A stretch of DNA of 64,000 nucleotides from contig JAKATL010000003.1 of NCBI GenBank assembly GCA_021827985.1, forward strand, positions 3,155 to 67,154. The letters run 5' to 3'. Below are positions 27,508 to 39,243 of the stretch, in pieces. Every line of letters starts with the position of its first letter. The first letter of the stretch is position 1. Source of the stretch: a bacterium (GTDB taxonomy: Bacteria; Chloroflexota; Dormibacteria; Aeolococcales; Bog-877). Both the position numbers and the translations under genes were made by a program. Below the pieces are notes generated by a model. It worked only from the letters and a program-made list of their open reading frames with translations. It searched no databases and had not been told where the DNA came from.

Positions 27508-28348
27508 GGCAGGCGGCCTCCACCTCGTCCACCACCCAGGAGGGGGTGGAGGTTCCCGAGGTGATCCCCACGCGCTGCCCCCGGCTGAACCACTCCGCGC
27601 GAATCTCGGTGGCGCTCTCCACGAGATGGGTCGGCCGGACCGCAGCGCAGGTCTCCGCCAGGGCCCTGGTGTTGGCCGATCCCCGACCTCCGACCACCAC
27701 CGCCACGTCCACCTGGTCGAGCAGGGAGCGGAGCGCCTCCCGCTGCCGCTGGGTCACCACCGGGCAGGTGGTGTCGCGCACCTCCACCTCACCGCTGCGT
27801 CCGGCCACCACCTCCGCGATCTCCCGGAACCGCGACTGGGGGAAGGTGCTCTGGGAGACCACGCCGCGGCGCTCCCTCCAGGGCAGCCGCTCCGCCTCCT
27901 CCAGACTCGCCACCACCTCGACCTCCGCCCCCTGGGAGGCGGCCCATCCGACCACCCCCCGCACCTCGCTGTGCTCTGAGTGTCCCACCACGACCACCGT
28001 GCCCGCCACCTGGCCCAGGTCCTCGGCGTGGTGCTGCACCCGGCGCACCAGGGGGCAGGTGGTGTCCACCACCTTGAGACCCCGGCGGCTGGCCTCGGCG
28101 AAGAGTTCCGGAGGCGCCCCGTGGGCGGTCACGACCACGCTCGGGCCGGCAGCCTCGGGAAGGGCGTCGGCTTCGCGCAGCCCGCGCGCCTCCAGCTCCT
28201 CCAGGGCCCGGGCGTTGTGCACCACCTGACCCAGGGCCAGCACCTCACCGCCCTCCTCCACCGTCCTGCGGGTGAGCTCGAGGGCATCCCGCACTCCGAA
28301 GCAGAACCCCGTGTGCCGAGGGCGGATCACCTCCACCGACAAGCCCAT
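27497..28348 (-). CDS. ispH: 4-hydroxy-3-methylbut-2-enyl diphosphate reductase (IspH/LytB)
   Basis: Conserved Cys ligands in context (GFCFGVRDA, TTCPLV, TTCPVV); HGAPPE motif. Confidence 0.9.
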   Translation of the reverse strand: MGLSVEVIRPRHTGFCFGVRDALELTRRTVEEGGEVLALGQVVHNARALEELEARGLREADALPEAAGPSVVVTAHGAPPELFAEASRRGLKVVDTTCPLVRRVQHHAEDLGQVAGTVVVVGHSEHSEVRGVVGWAASQGAEVEVVASLEEAERLPWRERRGVVSQSTFPQSRFREIAEVVAGRSGEVEVRDTTCPVVTQRQREALRSLLDQVDVAVVVGGRGSANTRALAETCAAVRPTHLVESATEIRAEWFSRGQRVGITSGTSTPSWVVDEVEAACRAL

Positions 28349-28468
28349 ACCTCTCCCCGATCGCTTAAAGGCCCTAAATGATCCTAAGGGCCAAGTTACC
28401 CCGCCAGGATCGCGTTGGTTGTGATCCTAGTCAAGAGTGGTCTCACCTAATCGTTATGGAACCGGGCC

Positions 28469-28504
28469 CGAGGGTCCCTCCGAGGGTCCCTCCGAAGGTA
28501 CCCT
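28469..28504 (+). repeat. Three tandem 12-bp units (CGAGGGTCCCTC x2, then degenerate CGAAGGTACCCT) in the divergent ispH/ADH intergenic region
   Basis: Read directly from the sequence; noncoding in the ADH frame; 7 nt upstream of the ADH ATG. The motif GATCCTA also occurs twice nearby (28381, 28423). Confidence 0.4.
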
Positions 28505-28510
28505 GGAGGG

Positions 28511-29749
28511 ATGCTGGCGCTCACCTTCGACCCCCGGCCCCGGACACTCCTGCTGGGCGGGGCGGCGTCCCGGCTGCGTGCTGAGTGGGCGCTGGTGGCG
28601 GCGGGCCCGCTGGGGTTGCGCGAGGTGGGCGAGCCCGTTCGGCCGCACCCGGAATGGGCCCTCCTGGAGCCACTCGCCACCGGAGTCTGCGGCTCGGATG
28701 TCAAGGAGGCCCTGCTCCAGGCGAGCTCGGACAACCCCCTCAGCGGGCTGATCTCCTTCCCCCACGTTCCCGGCCACGAGATCCTCGCCCGGGTCGTGGA
28801 GCCGCCCGCGCCCGGGGGTTTCGAGGTCGGTCAGCTGGTCGCGGTGGACCCCTGGCTCGGCTGCCGGGCACGAGGTCTGGACCGGCTGTGTCCTGCCTGC
28901 GAGCGGGGCTTCCCTCCCCACTGCAGCTGGGTGCGCAGCGGCGGCCCCTGGGGGTCGGGGTACGGGATGCATCTGGGCAACGTTCGGGGTCTCCCGGGTG
29001 GGTTCGCCCCCAGAATCACCGCTCACGCCTCGCAGCTCCACCCCCTGCCACCGGCCCTGCCCGCGCAGCTGGCGGTCCTGGCCGATCCCGTGGCGGTCGC
29101 CCTGCATGCCCTGGACCGGGTCGAGGGCGTGCCGGAGACGGTCCTGGTCCTGGGGGCGGGGACCATCGGGCTCAGTCTGGCCCTCGGGGCCCGCCGGCGC
29201 TGGCCCCGGGCGGAGCTGCTGGTGACCTGCGCCTGGGAACACCAGCGGAAGTTGGTCGAGGGCCTTTCCGGGGTGCCGGTGGCCCCCGCGCCCTCCGCGG
29301 TGCTGGAACGGGTCGCCGAGCTCACCGGGGCTGGGCTGGTGCGCCCTTGGAGAGGAGGACGGTGGGCCTTGGACGCCGGTCCGGAGCTGGTGCTGGATTC
29401 GATCGGGACTCCGGGAACCGTGGAGCTGGCCCTCCGCGCGGTCCGCCCCCGGGGACAGCTTGTGACCGTCGGAGTCGCCCGGCCGGGCCGGGCGGAGACC
29501 ACTCTCGCCTACTTCAAGGAGGTGCGCCAGGTGGGCTCCAACGGATACGGAATGACCCCGGAGGGGCACCAGCTGGACCTGGCGCTGGCCCTCCTGGCGG
29601 CGGACCAGGGGCTGGCCGCGGAGTGGATCACCCACCGATTCCCGCTGCCCCGGTGGCGGGCGGCCTTCCGGGCCGCGGCCAGGCCCGACCGCAGCGGCGC
29701 GGTGAAGGTCGTGATCACCCAGGACCGACCGGACGAGCTTGGCGGCTGA
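28511..29749 (+). CDS. Zn-dependent alcohol dehydrogenase (MDR superfamily; sorbitol/threonine-dehydrogenase-like)
   Basis: Catalytic Zn ligands (GVCGSD, PGHE) and structural-Zn Cys cluster (CRARGLDRLCPACERGFPPHC). Rossmann motif VLGAGTIG. Confidence 0.8.
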   Translation: MLALTFDPRPRTLLLGGAASRLRAEWALVAAGPLGLREVGEPVRPHPEWALLEPLATGVCGSDVKEALLQASSDNPLSGLISFPHVPGHEILARVVEPPAPGGFEVGQLVAVDPWLGCRARGLDRLCPACERGFPPHCSWVRSGGPWGSGYGMHLGNVRGLPGGFAPRITAHASQLHPLPPALPAQLAVLADPVAVALHALDRVEGVPETVLVLGAGTIGLSLALGARRRWPRAELLVTCAWEHQRKLVEGLSGVPVAPAPSAVLERVAELTGAGLVRPWRGGRWALDAGPELVLDSIGTPGTVELALRAVRPRGQLVTVGVARPGRAETTLAYFKEVRQVGSNGYGMTPEGHQLDLALALLAADQGLAAEWITHRFPLPRWRAAFRAAARPDRSGAVKVVITQDRPDELGG

Positions 29750-29904
29750 CCGCGGCGGCGGTCAGTCGGCCCCGATCCCGGCCAGCGGCGGGGGCCGGCC
29801 CCGGCGCCGCCCGCCTTAGGTTTCGGGGGTAGTGGCCCCGGGCACACTCTGGCTCGGGCGCCGGTCAGGCCGGCGGGCCCCACAACCGTACGGAGATCTG
29901 CAAA

Positions 29905-32370
<2,466 letters not shown>

Positions 32371-32945
32371 GCGGCCCTCGGCGGGGGAGTCCCTGCCGGC
32401 CGCCCGCCCCGTCAGCGGGCCGGGGCCGCGCGGCTGAGCGGCTCAAGGACGGCTTGGGGGCGGGCGGGCCGATCGGGGCAGCACCGGCGAGGGTGCCGGA
32501 GGCGCCCGTGCCGCTCCCGCGGACCCCGCAGCAACCGGGGATGGACCCGGGGCCTCCGAGGCCGAGGGCTGGGGGCTGCTCGGTGGCGCCCGGCCAGGTG
32601 TGCGGCCCAACTCCGCTCGGGCGCCGTGGGGCCGGCGCCCCGGCTGCAAGACCTACCAACTCCTCGAGAAGTTCCTAATCGCTGGCCGACCGTACCTCGA
32701 ATTAGATCCAGTCAGCACCTGCCGCCAACACCAGGAGGCGCACACTCCGATCCGATCTCAGGTGCTGCCGCCTTCTCCTGATCACTCTCCGGGTGAGCCG
32801 GTCGTCGAGGCGGTGACGGGAGTCGCAGTGAATGATCTCCTTGCCCTTCACCCGAAGCGCCGGCCGCCCCGAGAACCGCGTGGGGCTCTCGATGCTGCCC
32901 CGGACTGCCACGAGCCGCTCCGAAGAGGAGCTCAACAGCCAAGGG

Positions 32946-33286
32946 TCAGTCGGACCCCACGTCGGTGCAATGACTCCTTTGATTGATCTCGACCGCTCTG
33001 CCGTCGGGGTCCTGGGCGATGAAGCGGCAGCCCCACTCGCGGACCTCGTGGTCGACCAGGATCTTCGCGCCGAGCGCCCTCAGCGAGGCCGCCGTGTCGT
33101 CCAAGGACTCGACGTAGAAGCCGACGAACGTGCTTCCCTTCGTCCTCCAAGCCGCACCTACCGGTTCCTGGTCAGTCGAAGGGATCACCGCGGAGTGGAC
33201 ATCTCCAAGATCGGTCGCGGCATGCAGAACACCATCGCCACGGTCTTCTGATTCGAGGTCGACCCCGAGCGCGCGATAAAACGCGA
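32946..33286 (-). pseudogene. 5'-truncated VOC (glyoxalase/bleomycin-resistance/dioxygenase) family gene, cut by the IS3-family insertion
   Basis: The minus frame reads ...SIAFYRALGVDLESEDRGDGVLHAATDLGDVHSAVIPSTDQEPVGAAWRTKGSTFVGFYVESLDDTAASLRALGAKILVDHEVREWGCRFIAQDPDGRAVEINQ (VOC fold). The first 15-20 residues are missing, and the frame runs straight into the IS terminal inverted repeat at 33287. Confidence 0.6.
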
Positions 33287-33685
33287 TTGATGTGGCCCTA
33301 CTGCACTAGACAGATAGAGGGCGGGCTAACGTCCTTGGATAAGTAGTAGTCATCGTAGCGGGGATGGGGGTTTGGGGGAAGGGGGCCGAAAGTGTGGATT
33401 CCGGGGAAAGTGGGTCGAGGCAGAGCTGTGGGGTGGGGCTGAGCAGGGCTCGGGGACGGTTCTGGGAACAACCGGGACCAAAGCACGCCGCTGAGAAGGC
33501 CGTAGAACCTCGCAAATCACCGCTCATGATGTCCAGGACCCCGACCCTGTCTGCTGCGAGACGTGTCACGTCTGCGGTGCTGACCCCGTCCGCGTCTCCG
33601 ACGGGAGCACTTGGCCCACCTTGATCGTCTGGTTCGGGACCGAAGGGCAACCTTTGCACCGGTCAGGACCTCCTGCCTCGGCGGG

Positions 33686-34682
33686 TCAGGCCGCGCACAG
33701 GGTGGCGCCGGCGGCATAGACGGCATCGGGGGTCTGGCCGTCTAAGGACGAGTGCGCTCGATCTTGGTTGTACCAGAGGATGTAGGTGCGGATACCAGCC
33801 CTCAGCTCGAGGCCATCTGCCAGGGGGTGCAGGAAGACGTATTCGTATTTGAGCGATCTCCAGAACCTTTCGATGAACACGTTGTCGAGGGCCCGACCCC
33901 TGCCATCCATAGAGATGGCGATGCCATGGGCCTTCAGCGCATCGACCCAGTCCGCGGCGGTGAAGTGGGAGCCCTGATCGGTGTTGAAGATCTCCGGGCT
34001 GCCGTAAGTCGCCAGGGCCTCGCGCAGTGCACCCAGACAGAAGGCGAGGTCCAGCGTGGAGGACAGCCGCGAGGCGAGGATCTTCCGGGAGTACCAGTCC
34101 TGGATGGCGATCAAGTAGAAGAAACCCTTCTCAAAAGGTAGGTAGGTGATCTCCGTAGCCCACATCTCGTTCGGACGGGTGACTTCCCGATCCCGCAGCA
34201 GGTAGGGGTAGATGCAGACCTCCGGACATCCTGCTCTCCGATGGGGTGCAGCGGTTCCCTCGGGATTGGCTTGTCGGGGCGGGCATCGAAGTCAAGGAGA
34301 CCGCCCAGCGGCGAGTCAGAGAAATTGACTGCACCACAATCATGTTCGACTCACCAAACTCGAATGTCCAGATCTCTGAGATGGGGTGCGAGGGGTGCTT
34401 GCGACTGGTGTGCGGGCCGGGCGCCATGGAACGAATGTCCATCAGCTGCATGAGCCGCTGAACTCGGCTCCGGTGCACCGGGAACCCGGCCGCCCGGAGG
34501 GCTCGAGTCATCTGGCGCGACCCCATGAAGGGGTACTCCATGTAGATCCGGTCGATGACACTCATGAGAGGAAGCCGTGGGTCGGGCTTGGCTGACGGCG
34601 TCAGGTACAGGCTGGAGAGCTTCACCCCCAAGAGGTCACACTGCCGGGCCACCGAGACCGTGGGGGACTCTCGCTGGATCAT
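33686..34682 (-). pseudogene. IS3-family transposase OrfB (HTH_21 plus rve integrase core), split across at least two frames
   Basis: N-terminal piece 34682 to about 34440 (MIQRESPTVSVARQCDLLGV...RVQRLMQLMDIR). Integrase core 34290-33686 in another frame (YLLRDREVTRPNEMWATEITYLP...DQGSHFTAADW...ERFWRSLKYEYV) with a stop at about 34291 in that frame. No slippery A6G at the orfA/orfB junction (ATGA overlap). Confidence 0.65.
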
Positions 34683-34987
34683 TGCCTTCCTCTCCGCAGA
34701 GCTGCAACGATCCCTGGCCGCGACGCTAAGAACTCTCTCCCCATCTCAATCTGGCCGATCTTCCGGTACCGGGCGTCCACATCCACCGGTGGCTCGCCGG
34801 CCCTGCCCTTGCCTTCGAAGACCTGAGCGGCCTCCTTCTCGAGGCGCCCCTTCCACTGGGTGACCATGGTGGGATGGATGCCGTGGGTCTGCGCGATCTC
34901 AGCGACGGTCTTGTCGCCCTTCAGCGCCGCCACCGCCACCTGAGCCTTGAACTCGGCGGTGAACTTCCTTCTGGTCGTTGGTGCCAT
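34679..34987 (-). CDS. IS3-family transposase OrfA (HTH)
   Basis: MAPTTRRKFTAEFKAQVAVAALKGDKTVAEIAQTHGIHPTMVTQWKGRLEKEAAQVFEGK is the canonical IS3 OrfA. Confidence 0.8.
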   Translation of the reverse strand: MAPTTRRKFTAEFKAQVAVAALKGDKTVAEIAQTHGIHPTMVTQWKGRLEKEAAQVFEGKGRAGEPPVDVDARYRKIGQIEMGREFLASRPGIVAALRRGRQ

Positions 34988-35490
34988 ATCTGTCCTCTTT
35001 ACATTTCATCGACGAGTCCAGCCTAGCCACCTGTCTAATTTCGTAGGGCCACATCACCTCCGCCTGGCCCTGACCGGGAAGGCCGCCCAACACCCTCCGG
35101 CGACCGGCCACCCCGGCTACCTGGGGTCCAACGCGCCCTCGGCTGGCCCTCCACGCCCAGTCTCGGGACCGCAAGCCCCAGAACCCCATCTGTGACCAGC
35201 GCCCCAGCCCGCGACCGCTCCCAACCGGTGGCGGCGCCGCGTCCCTCACCCCTCCCGCCGGCCCCCTCCCAGCCTATCCACTCTTTCAGGTCTGAGTTGG
35301 CCCTTGGGCCAGCTCACAGTTGGGCAGGGTCAGTCACCAAATCCGAGGGTCTTGGGATCTATTGCGGAGCGCAACACCTTTGCGGCTATCCGCACGCACC
35401 ATCGGGTGAATCCACTTATGTCCTGGCTGTTCCGCTCCGGAATACTGGAATGGCAAGGTTTCGCTTCTCGATCGATGAGGAGGATTAAGA

Positions 35491-35943
35491 ATGGCAGAGA
35501 AGGTCCGGACCCGAGTTGACGCGGCTCCTGTGTCGATAGAGGCGGTCAAGTGGTTGCGCTTTTCCATGGTCATAGTGGCGTTGCTGGACGCCGCTGCGCA
35601 CATCTTCGCTTCGCCGGCTTCGACAGCCCCCCAGACGTTCTGGCTGGAGACAGAAGTCGCGTTCTATGTGCTCATCGCGGTCATCTTCCTCTTGGGGCTG
35701 CGCACCTGGTACGTCCCGACGATTGCCTACTCCCTGATCAACATGGTGCTCTTCTTCGTATCCGCCTTCGTCACCATCCCGCTCGTCACTCATGCCGCAC
35801 TTGTGGGCCACGTTCAGTTCGGGCAGTTCTCCTTCGGCAGAGGGTTCTCGCTTGGCGGATGGGTGTGGCTGATTGTCGTGGGCTGGCTGCTCACCAGGGT
35901 GGACCGCGGCAGCAAGCTCGACGAGTTGCTCAAGGAGAGCTGA
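35491..35943 (+). CDS. Orphan hypothetical 4-TM membrane protein in a lower-GC segment between IS elements
   Basis: RBS GAGGAGG (35468-35474), 7 nt, then ATG. Four hydrophobic helices. AT-richer third positions than neighbouring genes. No recognisable family. Confidence 0.5.
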   Translation: MAEKVRTRVDAAPVSIEAVKWLRFSMVIVALLDAAAHIFASPASTAPQTFWLETEVAFYVLIAVIFLLGLRTWYVPTIAYSLINMVLFFVSAFVTIPLVTHAALVGHVQFGQFSFGRGFSLGGWVWLIVVGWLLTRVDRGSKLDELLKES

Positions 35944-35952
35944 CCGTCCGGA

Positions 35953-37053
35953 GTGACAGGGGGTGAGTTGGTGCCGATCCCAAGCCGAGCGCAAATAGGC
36001 CGATTCCTGGCAGCATCTGCGCGCGAGCCGGAAGCGGGATGGGCGGGTTCTCCCCCCGCCACACTTGCGGAGATTCGCCGATGGGCGGTGGAGCGAGTAG
36101 CGCGGGACGGCGAGAGTCCCGAGGCGGTGGTGCGGGCGCTGGGGGTCCATCGCTGGGTGATCCACGAGTGGCTCGGGCGGTACCGCCAGGGAGGGATGGC
36201 CGCCTTGCAGGACCAACCGGTGCGGTTCTGTCCCAGCCAGCAGGGCCCCAGGCGAGGTAGCGGCTGGGCCGCCTGATCACCGGCAAGAACCCGCTGCAGC
36301 TCCGCTTCCCCTCGGCGCTCTGGACGCGCTCAATGATCCCGGAGTTGATCTGGCGCGAGTTCGGAGTCAGCCTCAGCGAGTACGCGGCCGGGAGTGTGTT
36401 GCGCCGGCTGGGGCCGAGCCCTCAGCGGCCCCTGTTCCGGGCCTGCCAGCAGGATCCTGATGCGGTGCGACAGTGGCGGGCGCAGGCGTACCTGGCCACC
36501 CAGAGGTTGGCCGAGCAGGAAGATGCGGTGACCTGCTTCGCGGATGAGGCTGGGGTCAGCTCCGATCACCCCAGCGGCACCACCTGGGCTCCTCAAGGCA
36601 GGACTCCCCTGGGGAGTTCGTCGGGAGGCCGCTTTGGGATGCCCCCGATCTCAGCGGTCTCCGTCCACGGGTGGTTGAGATTCATGGTGACCCCGCAGCG
36701 CATGACCCCCACCGTGTTCGCGGAGTTCCGGCGCCGCCTCCTCCGCCACCGGAAGCGCCCGGTGTTCGTGATTGTGGACAATCCCTCCATCCACAGGGCC
36801 CGCACGCTGAAGGACTTCGTGGAGCAGACCAAGGGCCGCCTGCGGCCGTTCTACCTGCGGCCCTAATCGCCCCGGTTGAACCCGGATGAGTGGGTCTGGC
36901 GGCACGTGAAGAACCACCGGGTGGGACGTCGGGCCGTCAGCGGTCCCGCCCGGTCCCAGGAGATCGTTCTCAGCGCGCCACGACGGCTCGCGGCTTCTTC
37001 TGCGCGCCCCGTCTCCGCTGCACCCCCTGACGTGTCGGCTTACCAACGCTGAG
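35953..37053 (+). pseudogene. IS630-family (Tc1/mariner-like DDE_3) transposase, split into three frames
   Basis: Piece 1 35953-36276 (HTH). Piece 2, frame-shifted, 36277-36866 (ITGKNPLQLRFPSALWTR...TCFADEAGV...VFVIVDNPSIHRA...FYLRP). Piece 3, frame-shifted, 36867-37053 (SPRLNPDEWVWRHVKN...). It ends 1 nt before the IS1380 inverted repeat. Confidence 0.7.
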
Positions 37054-38751
37054 CCTAGCCGCGATCATTCACGGAGGTTGATGATCGCGGGGAGGTGAAG
37101 CTGCAGAAATGCCCTCTGGGAAGGGAAACTGGTGTTGTTGACACACCAGCCACCCCAACCAGGAGGGCACTTCGCAGATGAAGGCTACCAGCACCGCCCA
37201 GGTCGTGGTGGAGTCGGGCGGCAACCAGGTCGCCGCGCACGCGGGTCTTCTCGCCCTGGGCAACTTCGCCGACAGCTTGGGCCTGGGCACCGTGATCTCG
37301 AACGCCATCATTCACACCACCAGACGCCTCCCGCTGCATCACCGGGGCAGGGTCATGGTCCATCTGCTGTTGCTGCTGGCCGGCGGGGGGGAGAGCTGCG
37401 CCGACATCGAGCATCTCCGAGCCCAGCGGCTGCTGTTCCCCGACGTGTGCTCGGACTCCACCCTCTACCGCAGTGTTCGCCAGCTCAGTCCGGAAGTGCT
37501 GGCGGCGGTCGAGGAGGCCGTGGCCGAGATCCGGGCCAAAGTCTGGCACCGAATGCCGAGGGTGTGGCGGAACGAGGGGGTTCTCGACTTCGGTGCTTCG
37601 CTGGTGGAGATCCACTCGGAGAACAAGGAGCGCACCGCCCCCACCTACAAGGGCGGCTTCGCCCTCCATCCCCTCTTCTGCTTCCTCGACGGCACCGGGG
37701 ACACCCTCAGCTCCATGCTCCGGCCCGGCAATGGCGGCGCCAACAAGGCCGAGGACCACCTGCAGCTGCTGGACTCGGCCATTGCCGCCATGCCCGCGGT
37801 GTTCCAGAGCAGCCATCATCGCGGAGACGATCCCCAGCTGACCCGGCGGCAGCTGGCCGCTCGGGCCGACTCCGCGGAGTGCACCGAGGACTTTGAGAGG
37901 GGTTGCCGGGAGCGCAATGTGGGCTTCAGCGTGGTGGCCCGCTCCTGCCGCCAGATCCACGCCGCCATCTCCCTGGCCCTCGATGATGAGTCTCGCTGGC
38001 AACCGGCGGTGCGCCAGGACGGAGAGCTGCGGTGGGGGGCAGAGGTGGCGGAGCTGACCTGGTTCTGCAAGCTCTCGAGCTGGCCCCCTGGCACCCGCCT
38101 GATCGTGCGTCGGGAGCCGCGCCACCCCAGCGCCCAGACCAGCCTCTTCCCCTCACTGGAGCACCGCTTCTGGGGCTTCTACACCGATCGCCAGGGTCAC
38201 CCGGTGGAGCTGGACCGGTTCATGCGGGCCCATGCCCACGTGGAGGACCACATCGGCCGTCTCAAGGACGCGGGCCTGGAGCGCTTCCCCTTCAGCAACT
38301 TCGACGCCAACTCGGCCTGGCTGGCCCAAGTGGGCTTTGCCGCCGACCTGGTCCGGTGGTTCCAGCTGCTCTGCCTGCGCTCTGATCTGCGCCAGGCCGA
38401 GCCCAAAGCGCTGCGCTGGCGGCTGTGGCACGCCCCAGCCCGCCTGGTCCGCTCCGGGCGGCGCACCATCCTGCGGGTGCTCGACAGCTGGCCCGATGCC
38501 AAAGCCCTCCTCGGCGCCCACCGGCGGATGGCCCTCCTCTCCTGACCCGCCCCTGCTGCCCCGGTCCCCACCCTCCTCGGTCCCAACCTGCCCTTGGACC
38601 ACGCGGAAAGCCGCTCGAGCCCTGTGCGGCGGGCCCGTACCGTGCCCGAGCTACCCGCCTGCGGCCAGTCCGCCGGCTCGCGCCGGCCGCAGCCGCTTAT
38701 CCCACCCCCTGACCACCCCTCTGCCTTTCCCCGTGAATGATCGCGGCTAGT
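37054..38751 (+). mobile_element. IS1380-family insertion sequence (1698 bp), apparently intact, 21-bp terminal inverted repeats (20/21 match)
   Basis: IR-L 37054-37074 CCTAGCCGCGATCATTCACGG. IR-R 38731-38751 CCGTGAATGATCGCGGCTAGT. A single 455-aa transposase ORF lies between them. Confidence 0.75.
37178..38545 (+). CDS. IS1380-family DDE transposase
   Basis: 455 aa, the typical size. Central region (KGGFALHPLFCFLDGTGDTLSSMLRPGNGGANKAEDHLQLLDSAI) matches my memory of IS1380-family transposases. Confidence 0.75.
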   Translation: MKATSTAQVVVESGGNQVAAHAGLLALGNFADSLGLGTVISNAIIHTTRRLPLHHRGRVMVHLLLLLAGGGESCADIEHLRAQRLLFPDVCSDSTLYRSVRQLSPEVLAAVEEAVAEIRAKVWHRMPRVWRNEGVLDFGASLVEIHSENKERTAPTYKGGFALHPLFCFLDGTGDTLSSMLRPGNGGANKAEDHLQLLDSAIAAMPAVFQSSHHRGDDPQLTRRQLAARADSAECTEDFERGCRERNVGFSVVARSCRQIHAAISLALDDESRWQPAVRQDGELRWGAEVAELTWFCKLSSWPPGTRLIVRREPRHPSAQTSLFPSLEHRFWGFYTDRQGHPVELDRFMRAHAHVEDHIGRLKDAGLERFPFSNFDANSAWLAQVGFAADLVRWFQLLCLRSDLRQAEPKALRWRLWHAPARLVRSGRRTILRVLDSWPDAKALLGAHRRMALLS

Positions 38752-39243
38752 GGGAGCATAAGATGCTGGCGCGTCCTGGGAGATCTCCGGACCGGCCCGG
38801 TTCGCCGACTCCGCGCCGTACGTGCTGGCCGGCCCTGGGGCCGGTCCCAAGCACGGCTACGCGACCGTGCATGCCCGAGGGGCCACCAGGGGAAGAGGGG
38901 GACCCGAATCGACCGTCGAGGAGGCGTGCCGCGTAGTCCGGCCCGGTCTGGGGGCTGGGGGAGCCGCCACCGGACCTGTAGGAGCAGGTTCAGCCTCGGC
39001 CTGTCGGTGATCCATGCGGATGGTGTCGGCGGCCACTCCCTGTGCTGGAGTTGTCGCTCAAGTGGAAGGCAGGGCTCGAGGCGCGGCATGGCACCAAGCG
39101 CTGGGCCGGTGCATGGCGCCCGCGTCGAGAGGCACCGATTTTCGCAGAGGCTCCCTGCGCGATTCTCCCAAGACTGTCGCGCCTCACAACCCGGGCTAGC
39201 CCGGCAGTTTACCGATCCCGGATCACCCCAGCTGGTGGTATCC

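Larger units (their letters stand above)
33287..35056 (-). mobile_element. IS3-family insertion sequence (about 1.77 kb), degenerate, with imperfect terminal inverted repeats TGATGTGGCCCTAC...TAGACAG
   Basis: Left end 33287 TGATGTGGCCCTACtgcacTAGACAG; right end (reverse complement of 35021-35056) TGATGTGGCCCTACgaaatTAGACAG. Ends are TG/CA as in the IS3 family. Contains orfA plus a disrupted orfB. Confidence 0.7.

Noticed and set aside
28469-28504. Tandem 12-bp repeats considered as a possible CRISPR or mini-array
   Set aside because: Only 2.5 contiguous copies with no spacers and no cas genes. No CRISPR array was seen anywhere in the window.
34270-34450. Programmed -1 frameshift as the explanation for the split IS3 orfB
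   Set aside because: The orfA/orfB junction is an ATGA overlap with no A6G slippery heptamer. The break is internal to orfB, with a stop codon in the integrase frame, so it is a disruption and not a programmed shift.
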